DNA from: Diplonema japonicum
Lineage: Eukaryota > Protista > Euglenozoa: Diplonemea
Assembly (NCBI GenBank): GCA_964019335.1
Contig: OZ025762.1
Location: 1-64,000 of the forward strand
DNA length: 64,000 nucleotides
Direction: 5' to 3'
Shown here: positions 35,312 to 46,145 of the stretch, in pieces
Position numbering within the stretch: the stretch's first letter is position 1
How the letters are laid out: each line of letters starts with the position of its first letter
Notes under the pieces: model-generated
The model's input: the letters and a program-made list of their open reading frames with translations, nothing else
Databases searched by the model: none
Told to the model about the DNA's origin: nothing
Translations under genes and position numbers: made by a program

Positions 35312-37522
35312 ATGAGGAGAGTGTTGGTTGTGTTGTGCAGCATACCGGCGGCATGGGGGTATTCTGGATACTTCGAAGCGCCAGAAGAAGTAGATGTCTC
35401 AACGTGTTTCAGTACTGCAGGGACGTGCAGCTGCCCGTCGGGCAAGGTGATGACCGGGATACACAAGACATGCCAGTCGCTGTCATGCATCGACAAGTAC
35501 CGCTGTGGGCGGCCTAGCGGGAGTTCCGGGACGGCCAGATGTCAATCTGTCGACGTCAGAAGCACGTTTGGTACAGTCAGAAACATCGACAGCAGCTGCC
35601 CGAGTGGCCTGTACCTCAGTGGCCTCACCAAGTCAGGCACCACCGCACTCTCCCAGATCACTTTCTTCGAGTGCTGCGACTTTACGCACGCAAGTGGGAT
35701 CTTCGTCTCTTTGAACATAAACTTGAATGACTGGGTGCTCGGCTTCGACCCCGATGTTGTGTGGGGGGAGGTCCCTGTCGACAGCTTCCTCGTGGGGTTG
35801 AGGCGTGCGGACACTTCCGACGACCTGAAGGCCATTGACTATGCGAGGTACGTTTATGTTAATTACGTTGTTGCTACCCCTGCACCCGACACGCCAGCAC
35901 CCGATACTTCTGCACCTCTCACACCAGCACCTGCTACGCCAGCACCCGACACGCCAGCGCCTGACACGCCAGCGCCTGACACGCCAGCGCCTGACACGCC
36001 TGCACCCGACACGCCTGCACCCGACACGCCAGCGCCTGACACGCCTGCACCTCTCACACCAGCACCTGCTACGCCAGCACCCGACACGCCAGCGCCTGAC
36101 ACGCCTGCACCCGACACGCCTGCACCTCTCACACCAGCACCTGCCACGCCTGCACCCGACACGCCAGCACCTCAAACGCCTGCCCCTTCCACACCCGCTC
36201 CTCCCACTCCTTCACCAGTGACACTTGTGCCTGACTCGCTTGCTGCTGCTCCTACAACTGCCCCTTCGACGCCACAGCCCGCCACTCCGTCCCCGGCGAC
36301 AGCTGTGCCCACAAATGCCCCAGCGACCCCAGCACCTGTGACGACAGCAGAGGAAACCATCTCCACAACAGGAACAGTCACGTCAGGTGCTGCTGCACTC
36401 GGGGCATCAAGTAGTGCAGGGGCCGCCACGCGTCTGGTGCTGATCTCGGGGAAGTGCCCTGAGAACGTAAAAGACCAGAAGTTTGCATTTGCTCTCCACC
36501 CCACCGGCCTGACTGTCGGGGGATCCGAGGCGGCAGGCGTCGTGCTGGGCAACATGTCGATCATAATCGGCGCTGCGCTGCTCATGAAGGGCGCGCTCGC
36601 TCTAGTGGGCCTAGTGAGGGCGGAAAACCTCCCGTTAGTGGTGGGACTGGACAGGCAGGGATGGCTGAGATTCCCATCGGCAGCACTGTTTGTATTCACA
36701 TGGCTGTATCAAGGAACGGCGTTGGGAGGCATGGTGCTGATGATGCACCCTGAAGGGGTGGGGCAGGCAGCACTGGGAACCAGCGTGCTTGCAGTATGCA
36801 TCGCCGTTCCGGTTTATGTGTACAAAGAAGTGTTGGACAACGTACCAGAGCAGGCCATATACAAAGTGGACGAGTCCTTGGGGAGCACTATCGTGGCGAC
36901 GACGATAGGGGCCGGGGAATGGGTTAGCACAAAGCAGGAGCTCCACTGGGTGAACAGGTACGCTTCCGTCGTGAGGCCCTTCACACAGGAGAAGGCGTGG
37001 TTCGGGGTAGTTGAATACTGCGCATCCTTTTCGCTGGCAGCGATGGGCTCCTTGGGAACCTCATCATGGGTGGGCTGCGGGCATGTTAAGCTCGCCATGT
37101 CCCTAATCTTCATCATGCTCATTGGGCTAGAAGCGGTTTTGTGGCCACACGCCAGGTACCGAGATTGTGTGACAGACTTCACATCGCTTGGGTGTCAGGC
37201 TGCAGGGCTGCTTCTTCGTGCTTATGGGTACTACACTGGCACTGATGCTGGGACTTTGCCACACGTGGTTGCTGACTACCTGTTCGTCTGCACGGGGTTT
37301 ATCCTTCTAGGGAAGGTTGTGCTGGATATCCTCACCGAGCTTTATGTGCTGTTTTCAGGGCGGCGTAAGACGCTTCAGGCGATGGTTTGGGCTACCCGGC
37401 AGCCTGCCACTCTAATGTCCAGTTTTGCTTCTTCTAGCTGTCTCTCCACCCCGACTTGGAGCAGGTGTGCTGTGCTCGAAATGGAGTTCATGCGGCCTGA
37501 TGCGACTTCAGGCGACACTTGA
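35312..37522 (+). CDS. Surface protein: signal peptide, Cys-rich domain, (TPAPD)n stalk, multi-pass TM C-terminus
   Basis: Hydrophobic N-terminus, Cys-rich ectodomain, 15-bp minisatellite encoding TPAP(D/L/A) at ~35876-36210, and about 7-8 TM helices. Confidence 0.85.
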   Translation: MRRVLVVLCSIPAAWGYSGYFEAPEEVDVSTCFSTAGTCSCPSGKVMTGIHKTCQSLSCIDKYRCGRPSGSSGTARCQSVDVRSTFGTVRNIDSSCPSGLYLSGLTKSGTTALSQITFFECCDFTHASGIFVSLNINLNDWVLGFDPDVVWGEVPVDSFLVGLRRADTSDDLKAIDYARYVYVNYVVATPAPDTPAPDTSAPLTPAPATPAPDTPAPDTPAPDTPAPDTPAPDTPAPDTPAPDTPAPLTPAPATPAPDTPAPDTPAPDTPAPLTPAPATPAPDTPAPQTPAPSTPAPPTPSPVTLVPDSLAAAPTTAPSTPQPATPSPATAVPTNAPATPAPVTTAEETISTTGTVTSGAAALGASSSAGAATRLVLISGKCPENVKDQKFAFALHPTGLTVGGSEAAGVVLGNMSIIIGAALLMKGALALVGLVRAENLPLVVGLDRQGWLRFPSAALFVFTWLYQGTALGGMVLMMHPEGVGQAALGTSVLAVCIAVPVYVYKEVLDNVPEQAIYKVDESLGSTIVATTIGAGEWVSTKQELHWVNRYASVVRPFTQEKAWFGVVEYCASFSLAAMGSLGTSSWVGCGHVKLAMSLIFIMLIGLEAVLWPHARYRDCVTDFTSLGCQAAGLLLRAYGYYTGTDAGTLPHVVADYLFVCTGFILLGKVVLDILTELYVLFSGRRKTLQAMVWATRQPATLMSSFASSSCLSTPTWSRCAVLEMEFMRPDATSGDT

Positions 37523-37757
37523 GTTTTTTGTGGTTATCTTGTCATTTTTTTTTTGGGGGGGCGGGTAAAAAACTTAGGTGTAGTTATCAATCCCCACTCC
37601 TCACCCTTTGAAGAAACTTGGATTGTAAGGGGGGGTATGCAGGGCAAAAAAAGAAAAAAAAGAAAATCGTTCGGAAGTTCTATCCCTAGTAGCACGGCAT
37701 CCCCCCTTTTTTTTTGCAGTATCGTTTACCCTCATACCTTTCTTTTCATCTTGAAGC

Positions 37758-37789
<32 letters not shown>

Positions 37790-38172
37790 TTTTTTTCTTT
37801 TTTCTTATTTCATGAACGGTGAACACGCTGAAATTTCGTTCCTTTTTTTCTTCTTTTTATTGATACACTTCTGTCTGTTTGGTTATTGGCATCCCTCATC
37901 CCCCCCCTTTTTTTATTTAAACCCAATAAAGTTCGACAGTTCTACTTAACCCCTTAATTACGAACGGCTTCCGGACCCGAACGTCCCCCCCCCCCCCCCT
38001 CCTCCCCTCCCTCCCCCATTCGAGCTTTATCAATTTTTTCCCGGGTTCAACCACTGCTGCTTCAGTGCGGAAGGACACCCGGCTTACAAATGAAACCAGA
38101 AATGATTTTGAGGCAGGTATTATATTACCCTGGTATTTAAAAAAAAAAAAAAAAAAAAAAAAATAGCTATTT

Positions 38173-39250
38173 TATTAAGTGAAAATAAAATAGCATTATT
38201 TTCACGCGCGGTGGCAAGGGGTATATTAGTTTCACTCGCTTCGCTCGTGGACTAACATCCCGTTTCGCTACGAGTTAAACCTGCCACCACAAGTGGAACA
38301 ATGCTCTTATTTCACTAATACGTTGTTTTATTTAATAAGAGCCGGGTTTGAAAGGGTGGGAGGTTACAGGCATGATCTTCGATGCCACCGCCTTTCCCCC
38401 ATTACCTTCGGCTTCAATTATAAAGAAAAAAAAAAGAAAGCCCCCCTAGGTGAAATTAGGTGCGAGGAGTGAAGAATAAGTAGAAATTAGTAAAAATCTT
38501 ATTTTCACTTTCCACCCTTGAAAACCCGGCTCGAGTTATATAAAAAAGATACTGTAACGCAAAATTTTTCGCTTTACAGTGTATATGTTATTTCTTTGAG
38601 ACTACATGTCGTTACTGTTCGCTACACTCCGGTGTCAGGCACAGAGGCGGGGAGGTAGGTAGGTGATTCACCCCTCTCTCCACCCGCTTTGACAGTCTTG
38701 TGATTCATTTTTACTTTTCTTGCTTTGTTGTTTGCACGAAAGTTGCATATAGTTAATATAATCATTATTTTTGTAGTAAAAAAAAAATAATTAGCTATTT
38801 ATTGCCGACAAATTATGAGTCATAATTTAACTCGAGTTCCCGAACGGTAACGAGTGTTAAATAATGGTTCATTTGGCGGCAAGTAAGTCGTTTTATTTCA
38901 CTCTTCGTCATTTGAGTCACTCACTCTTCACTGCTTTCACTGCTGTTTTTTTTCACGCAGGTAAGCCTTTTTGGGGATTTTCCTAAGGTAATATGGGGTT
39001 GCTATTTCGCCGTGGCATTTAAAGGGGAAGTAAGGCACTTATTCCCACTTTTAAGGGCTGGAATGGCCTCAGATGGCCAAAAATAGTCAAAATACCCGTC
39101 CCCAAAAAAATTTTTCAAAGGGTTGGGTACATTTTTTTCCACGACAAGACCCATTTTTTCACTCTGAAGCCCCATAATTTAACTCCAAAATCTCATAATT
39201 TAACTAGTTACCCCTAGTGAGTGAAGAAAATGACGAAGAGTGAAATAAAA
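38173..39250. repeat. Cluster of nested palindromic/hairpin elements in an ORF-free spacer
   Basis: Imperfect palindrome at 38173-38319, hairpin at 38799-38886, and a perfect 23-bp inverted repeat at 38891-38913 / 39228-39250. Confidence 0.7.
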
Positions 39251-39666
39251 TAAATAAAGGTCGTGTAGCAGGCCGCCGAATCGGGGAGGGCCCTGGTTTG
39301 TACTGTTTCTTCTTTTTGTCTTTTGCCCTGTTCTGAAGGGAACACGAAACGAAGGAGGAGGCCACGCACCCCGGCACAAAGAGTTACTTACGGGTTTATT
39401 ATTTTAAGAATTGTCAACCGACTGGAATGGCATAACTAGGCCCCTCCGGAAAAAAAATGGGGAAAAAAAGAAAAAAAAGAAAAGAAAAGAAAAGTGCCCA
39501 GGTGCGTGTAGTTGCCCCCCCCCCCCCCCCCCCCCCCCTCTTTTTTGATGAACAGAAATACTTGTTGTTTGTAATTAAAAAAGAATTCGTCTTAAAAAAA
39601 AAAAAAAAAAACCAGAGAAATTTTAACTTCGACTAAGGAAGAATGGAATCCTTGTCCCTTTTTTTT

Positions 39667-39872
39667 GGGTGACGAACAGGCAGCAAACTGCACGAGCGCA
39701 GAATCTTGGTTACCCGGGACGCACCGGCTGGGGTTGAGCTGTACACCGCACGCATTAAGGACACGACGCGGAACGCAGAAGAAGCTACAACTCGGCCGCG
39801 GCGCGCCCCCTGTAATCAAGTAGACAGTTCTTGTGCAGGGCGCCGCCAACCGGCCTCCTTTAACTCATATAT
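39667..39872 (+). mobile_element. 5'-truncated ribozyme-retroposon copy
   Basis: Starts at GGGTGACGAACAGGCAGC and ends CCTTTAACTCATATAT. Confidence 0.88.
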
Positions 39873-39923
39873 TTTTTTTTCATGTTTTAAATTGGTATTA
39901 AAAATCTTTTTTTTTTCTCCAAA

Positions 39924-40057
39924 AGTGGTGGGGATAACATGGAAATATGAGAAGTACATCAGATGTGTTGTTCGCTGTTGACCTCCTCGTCGGTCATTAC
40001 CGGTAGCGCCCGAGTGGAAGAACATAAAGCAGATGCTCAGGGTGACGAACAGGCAGC
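39924..40057 (+). ncRNA. HDV-like self-cleaving ribozyme (predicted)
   Basis: P1 39924-30/39995-40001; P2 39974-80/40050-57; P3 ACC/GGT; L3 TCCTCGTC; J1/4 GG; P4 40007-15/40035-44; J4/2 CGAA with putative catalytic C40046. Confidence 0.78.
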
Positions 40058-40250
40058 AAACTGCACGAGCGCAGAATCTTGGTTACCCGGGACGCTCCCT
40101 GGCTGGGGTTGAGCTGTACACCGCACACATTAAGTACACGACACGGAACGCAGAAGAAGCTACAACTCGGCCGCGGTGTGCCCCTTGTAATCAAGTAGAC
40201 AGTTCTTGTGCAGTGGCGCCACCAACACCGGCCTCTTTTAACTCTTATTT
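39924..40250 (+). mobile_element. Full-length ribozyme-retroposon copy
   Basis: Complete unit from (A)GTGGTGGGGATAACATGG to TTTAACTCTTATTT. Confidence 0.9.
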
Positions 40251-40561
40251 ATTTTTTTTCTCTTGCTACAATGGTGTTGGAACCCCGAAAAAAAAGAAGT
40301 AGGGTTCGATATTTTCCAAATAATAATAATAAAAATGAAAAATATTTTCGTGACACATATGGTCAGAAGGTAATCCCCCTCCTCACATTGTAATCATGCG
40401 AGAAAAAAAAAATAAAAAAAAAATAATAATACGAGATTTTAAGCCGGTTAAGAGGCTTAAACGCCTAACCAAATAAAAAAAAAAAAAAAAATGGCGCCGC
40501 TGGGACTGCTCAGATAACGTGCACGTGACCTCGCCAAGCCTAGTTCTTCATGATAAGATAA

Positions 40562-40616
<55 letters not shown>

Positions 40617-41129
40617 ACATGTGCCTCTTCGCACGTCCCAGCGCACATTTCGGTTAAATAATCGGCCATTACCTTCAAGGAAGCCCCCTTTCCTTTTTTT
40701 TTAACTCATATAATTTTATAATTATGTTTTTTTCTTCTTCTTTTTTTTTTCCCCCCCTTCTTTTAATACACACTCTCAATAACTTTTTCTGTAAAAGCAG
40801 ATCATCTCTAGTCTTATATGTGAAGGGCGGGTGAATCTATGAAGGAAACCCTCCCTTTTTTTTCCATGTGAAGGATGGAAAGATGAGCATCTGCTTGACC
40901 GCAAAAAAAAAAAAAAAAAAAAAAAGAAATGAGTCGGTTGATTGTTTGTACATAGCAACATTCATTATCAATATATTGTTTTTCTTGTTCATGCAATGGG
41001 TGCATCCCCCCCCCCCCCCCCCCCCCCCCCCTAGGGCTATGCTGGCAGGAAACGTGGAAACGTTTCCGTTTCCATACTTTTCAAAATTCTTATGGAAACG
41101 GCTTCCTTCTTAAGGAAACATAAGGAACC

Positions 41130-41329
41130 NNNNNNNNNNNNNNNNNNNNNNNNNNNNNNNNNNNNNNNNNNNNNNNNNNNNNNNNNNNNNNNNNNNNNNN
41201 NNNNNNNNNNNNNNNNNNNNNNNNNNNNNNNNNNNNNNNNNNNNNNNNNNNNNNNNNNNNNNNNNNNNNNNNNNNNNNNNNNNNNNNNNNNNNNNNNNNN
41301 NNNNNNNNNNNNNNNNNNNNNNNNNNNNN
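41130..41329. other. Assembly gap (200 N)
   Basis: Run of N. Confidence 0.99.
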
Positions 41330-41739
41330 GAGGATTGTGGCGACAGACAGCCGCTCAACCGACTGTAGCTAGCCTTCGGTTTTACCCCATTTCACAGAAG
41401 AAAAAGCTGCTTGGAAGTAAACAAAAAGAAAGAATATTCCACAGGTGTAAGACTTTAATTTTTTTTTTTTTTAATGGGGCAGCAAGACCTTTGGCCATGT
41501 CTAGGTGCGTAACGACACCTCCCTTAAGCGAGTCATTTCAGGGACGGGAGGGACAGGAATAAAGCAAACCTTGCGGCAAAAGAAAAAGATCCCCCCCCCC
41601 CCCCCCCCCTCCCTGTACTTTATGGTACACTTGGAGCCTGCATCTCTCTCTCTTTTTTTTTTTTGGCTGCAAGTCCACAAGGAGCTTTTTTTTTTTTTTT
41701 TTTTTTTTATCATTTAAATAACACGGCGTGGAATAGTGG

Positions 41740-41781
<42 letters not shown>

Positions 41782-41935
41782 CGGTCGTTCGTGATTTCCC
41801 CCCCCTTCTTTTTTCCTTTTTTTTTTGAAAGAGCTCATCGCCCAAAAAAAAAAGAAAGAAGAAAAAAAAAAGAAAAGAAAAAAAGACCATTTAGGAGGGG
41901 GGTTTTTCCACTGAAGAATTCAATACAGACCCCCC

Positions 41936-41966
<31 letters not shown>

Positions 41967-42344
41967 ACACACGTTTTTTTTTTCTTTTTTGAGAACATGG
42001 GGTGGGGCGGTGGGCGTCTCACAGGAACCTCCAGCTCATTTATGTTTATTAGTTAGAAGCAAAAGAAGAAAGAAAAAAAAAAAAAAAAAAAAAAAAAACA
42101 GAAACAAAAAACTGAGAGAAAAAAAAAAAGGGACATATCTTGAGGATTTGAAGGATTTGTTCCCGAACCCCCCCCCCCCCCCCCCCACCGGATAGCTCTC
42201 CAGTAGAAGTTAAAACAAAGTACCCCCCTTTTGCGTACCCCACACACACCCCTCTTTTTTTTTTTTTTTAAATGTTCAATAATAATAACAACAACAACAG
42301 GATATCCCTCCTTTCTTTTCTTTCCTCTTTTTTTTTTTTTTTCG

Positions 42345-44483
42345 ATGTTAGTGCAAATCTTTCGAACGCAACGTCGCTGGGCGACAATGCGACACAAGGT
42401 AGTGAGCCTGGAGGATGCAGTGTGCGCCGTGCAGTCCGGGGACACCGTGGGCGTAGGAGGCTTCGTGGCACAAAACGCACCAGAAGGCCTTTTAAGAAAA
42501 CTCGGCGAAAGGTACTTAACCACAGGAGAACCAAAGGACCTAACTGTTTTCTTTGGAGGTGGCCCAGGGGACTCAGACACAAAGGGCATATCACACCTCG
42601 GCCACGAGGGTATGGTCAAACGAGCCATTGGCGCACATTACGGACAATGCCCGAAACTAGCAGAACTTGTCTTGCAGAATAAAATAGAAGCGTACAACAT
42701 ACCTCTTGGCGCTGTTGGGAGAATGCTCCGTGCGCAGGCTGCCCACCAACCGGGGTTTTTAACAAGCGTTGGAATTGGGACAATGGTGGACCCTGCCAAC
42801 GGCGGAGGGAAGTTGAACGATCGAACAAAAGACGATATTGTGATCCCTCTTGACGTTGAAGGAAAGCGGCATCTTCTGTACAAATCGCAACCTATAAACG
42901 TGGCGTTCATCAGAGGAACCACCGCCGACGCAAACGGGAACATCAGCATGGAAAAAGAATCGCTTTTCGCCGACAACTTCGCGTTGGCAATGGCGGCGCA
43001 CAACTCGGGGGGTTGCGTCATTGTGCAGGTAGAACGGTTAGCGGAGAGAAACACAATCCCGGCAAGGCGGGTTCACATCCCGGGTTCATTCGTCGATGCT
43101 GTTGTCATATCAAAGCGTCCCGATGAGAACACGCAAAGCTACTTCACCGACTTCAACCCGTTCTGGGCCGGCCAGATCAAAGCACCGCAAGAAGAACTCG
43201 ATAAGCTCCCCATGAACGTTCGTAAGATAATTGCCCGCCGTTCCGCCTCAGAACTTAGAGTCGACGATATAGTTAACCTCGGCATCGGGATGCCCGACGG
43301 TGTCGCCAACGTAGCTTCAGAGGAGAACATCCTCCCTTACATCACATTGACCACCGAACCCGGTATATTCGGCGGTACAGGTGCTGCAGGTAGGGATTTC
43401 GGCCCTGCGAGTAACTATGAAGCCATCATCGATATGTCCGCTCAATTCGATTTCTACAACGGTGGCGGTCTTACCATCGCGTTCCTGGGAATGGCGCAGG
43501 TGTCCCCTGTGGGTGATATCAATGTGACGCGGTTCGGGAACAAATTGACAGGACCTGGTGGGTTCATCGACATTTCACAATGCACCCCAACCGTCGTTTT
43601 CTGCGGTTCATTCACAGCAGGCGGCCTCGAGGTCAAAGTCGACAAGGGCAAGCTCATCATCGTGAAAGAAGGCCGCAACAAAAAATTCGTGAAGACCATC
43701 CAAGAAACATCATTCTCCGCCAAGCAAGCGATCTTCAAGAAACAGCGCGTCCTGTATGTAACAGAAAGATGCGTGTTCGAACTGACACCGAAAGGGCTTG
43801 CTTTGAAAGAAGTCGCACCGGGAATCTCAATCGAAAAACACATTCTCCCGCACATGGACTTCATGCCGGTCAACATTGATCAGGCACGTGAGATGGACCC
43901 TGTGATATTCGACACATCGGGGAAAAGAATGGGGTTGAAGAAGAGGCTGACGGACTTGGACTTTATACACCGCATTAAGTACAGTAGGGAGAAAAATACG
44001 CTGTTGATAGATCTGTCGGGGGTGATCATCACGCACCAATGGCAGATTGATGAGGCTGATGCAGCGTTGACGGAATTCTTCAAAACAGTTGGGAAGAAGG
44101 CACACGTGGTGGCGAATTATGAACGCTTTGACTGCAGAAAATCCCTTGTCGAGAACTGGACCGAAATGGTTCAGCGACACGAAACTGAATCTTACCTCTC
44201 CGCCACACGCTGTGTCAACGGGACCTTCATGCGTGCAAAAGTGTTGAACGGGCTGCAGTTGCATCGTTCCACCGCCATCGAAGCCTTTCAACAACTCGAC
44301 TCCGATCAAACGGGGTACATAGACTGTGAGCAGAGCTACACTCTCTTCAAGAAGATGGGAAGGTTCGTTAAAGACAGGGAAGATTTTAACCGCGCCTTCA
44401 GAACCGTCAGCGTGCGGCACCCTGGGAAGGTTTCCTTCCAAGACATCCAGGAGCTTGACAGAATCCTGCACCGTGCCGAGTGA
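42345..44483 (+). CDS. Family I acetate/propionate CoA-transferase (YdiF/Pct-like) with putative mitochondrial presequence and C-terminal EF-hand
   Basis: VQSGDTVGVGGFV, AFIRGTTADANGN, IVNLGIGMP, catalytic TEPG, GPGGFIDISQ, YVTERCVF. Arg-rich leader MLVQIFRTQRRWAT. EF loop DSDQTGYIDCEQ. Confidence 0.9.
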   Translation: MLVQIFRTQRRWATMRHKVVSLEDAVCAVQSGDTVGVGGFVAQNAPEGLLRKLGERYLTTGEPKDLTVFFGGGPGDSDTKGISHLGHEGMVKRAIGAHYGQCPKLAELVLQNKIEAYNIPLGAVGRMLRAQAAHQPGFLTSVGIGTMVDPANGGGKLNDRTKDDIVIPLDVEGKRHLLYKSQPINVAFIRGTTADANGNISMEKESLFADNFALAMAAHNSGGCVIVQVERLAERNTIPARRVHIPGSFVDAVVISKRPDENTQSYFTDFNPFWAGQIKAPQEELDKLPMNVRKIIARRSASELRVDDIVNLGIGMPDGVANVASEENILPYITLTTEPGIFGGTGAAGRDFGPASNYEAIIDMSAQFDFYNGGGLTIAFLGMAQVSPVGDINVTRFGNKLTGPGGFIDISQCTPTVVFCGSFTAGGLEVKVDKGKLIIVKEGRNKKFVKTIQETSFSAKQAIFKKQRVLYVTERCVFELTPKGLALKEVAPGISIEKHILPHMDFMPVNIDQAREMDPVIFDTSGKRMGLKKRLTDLDFIHRIKYSREKNTLLIDLSGVIITHQWQIDEADAALTEFFKTVGKKAHVVANYERFDCRKSLVENWTEMVQRHETESYLSATRCVNGTFMRAKVLNGLQLHRSTAIEAFQQLDSDQTGYIDCEQSYTLFKKMGRFVKDREDFNRAFRTVSVRHPGKVSFQDIQELDRILHRAE

Positions 44484-45645
44484 GACTACTGGCTTTTTAA
44501 AAGTTAAGTTAGAGAATTCTTAGAGGGACGACGTGGGGGTGATGCTAAAGCAACCTCCCCTTTTTTTTTTAAATTATTATTTCTTTTTTTTTTTTTTTTT
44601 TTTTTTTTCAACAATATTATTGTCGAGACTAAAAAAACTAGTTGATGGCAGGCGTAATGAGCATATTTTATTAGGTAAAATTCCGCTCGTGGCGCACAAA
44701 CAAAATGAAGCGCCAAACTAGATTTTTTTTTTCTTTTCTTTTTTTTTTGGAGAGGAACTTCTCTTTTCGCTCTTTTCCTCTCATCTTTTCTTTATTCTCC
44801 TCTTGCTTTCTCCTTCTTCTTTTTTTCTTCTTCTTCTCGTTGTATTTAGCAAATACTGCTCAGTTTCTTGTAAGAACAAAAAAAAAAAAAGAAAAAAAAA
44901 AAAAAGTGGTAGCCTGTGTGCACAAGTAAGTGCTAAGGACCGACTTCTCTTTAAAAACAGTTTCGTGCAAAGACAAAAGGGAAAAGAAGAAAAAAAAAAG
45001 AACTAACATTTGCCCCTTTTCTTTTTTCCCCTTCCCCCCCTTCTTTTTTTTTTTTTTAAAAGACTGAAGCACTTGTGGCAAGAGCAAGCATACAGGGACC
45101 CCACCCGGAGAGGCTGTGGGATGGGCATAACAACAACGAGGATGCAACGGGCACCCGTGAAACACCCCCATGCACAGGACGGGGATGAAACCGAGGCCCT
45201 TTCTTTTTCTTCTGGTCTTTTCTTCTTCTTTTTTTTTCTTTCTCTTTTTTTTTCCCTTCTTTTTTTTTTTCTCAACATTATACTTCAGCAATAGGTTTTC
45301 TTCGATCATGGCCGAGGATAGAAGAAGAACAAGAAGAAGAAAAAAAAAAATGAGCACCCTGGCGTCTCTCGATTTGAAGCTGCAGCTCAGCACTATTGCT
45401 GATAGCTACCGTCGCGGTTCGTCCCTCTCGTGCATTTACTTCAGGGATGCGAGTTTCTTTCACCATTGGGCACCGTTGCCTCCATTGGCGATTCCTGTCT
45501 TATGCTCTGGATTGCGAACCGTTGACCAGTGCCGTCGAATGCGCTATATTTTATAAGTACATATAACAATCGATTGAAAGAAAAATGGTCGCTGGCGATT
45601 GACTTCGAATGCTACACAAAGAAGACGTTGGGGGTCAACGTCAAC

Positions 45646-46000
45646 ACGACGATTGACGTCGGCAAGAAGGCGGTGAGGATCAAGCGGATCCTGGATACGC
45701 TGCAAGCGACATGGATGAGGGAGAAGAGGAGACGCGCTTTTCCGGCGCAGTCATGCAAGAACGTGAGATCACTACGATCCATTGGCCGCGACCACGTCGT
45801 TGGCTTTGACAGGAGGGCCCTGTTTGCATCGGGGCTGACGGCGACCAAGCTGAAAGGACTGAGAGAAGATTACCGGAAAGAAAAAATTGGAAGATATAAA
45901 CGACAGCTAGGCACTACGGTGGGTAGCAGGGAACGACCCCAAAAGGGGAGCATCATAAGGTAGGCACGCCACCGCAGCGGGCCGTTGCTAACCACTTCGT
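45646..46000 (+). repeat. Second copy of the dispersed repeat at 30590-30900
   Basis: High nucleotide similarity by direct comparison. Confidence 0.8.
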
Positions 46001-46145
46001 TCCTATCATAGTGAATTTTTAAGGCACGTACAAACAACGGCCAGTTCCTCTTTTATAAATACAAATCTCTTTTTCCGAGATCGCATCTTATCCCCCAACA
46101 CAGCCCACCTCTACCTGCACAACAACAACAACAACAACGAAAAGC

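Noticed and set aside
40116-40157. Rod hairpin as a 7SL/SRP RNA derivative
   Set aside because: Only a faint TAAG...ACGGAACGCAG resemblance, with no convincing helix-8 motif. An Rfam search is needed.
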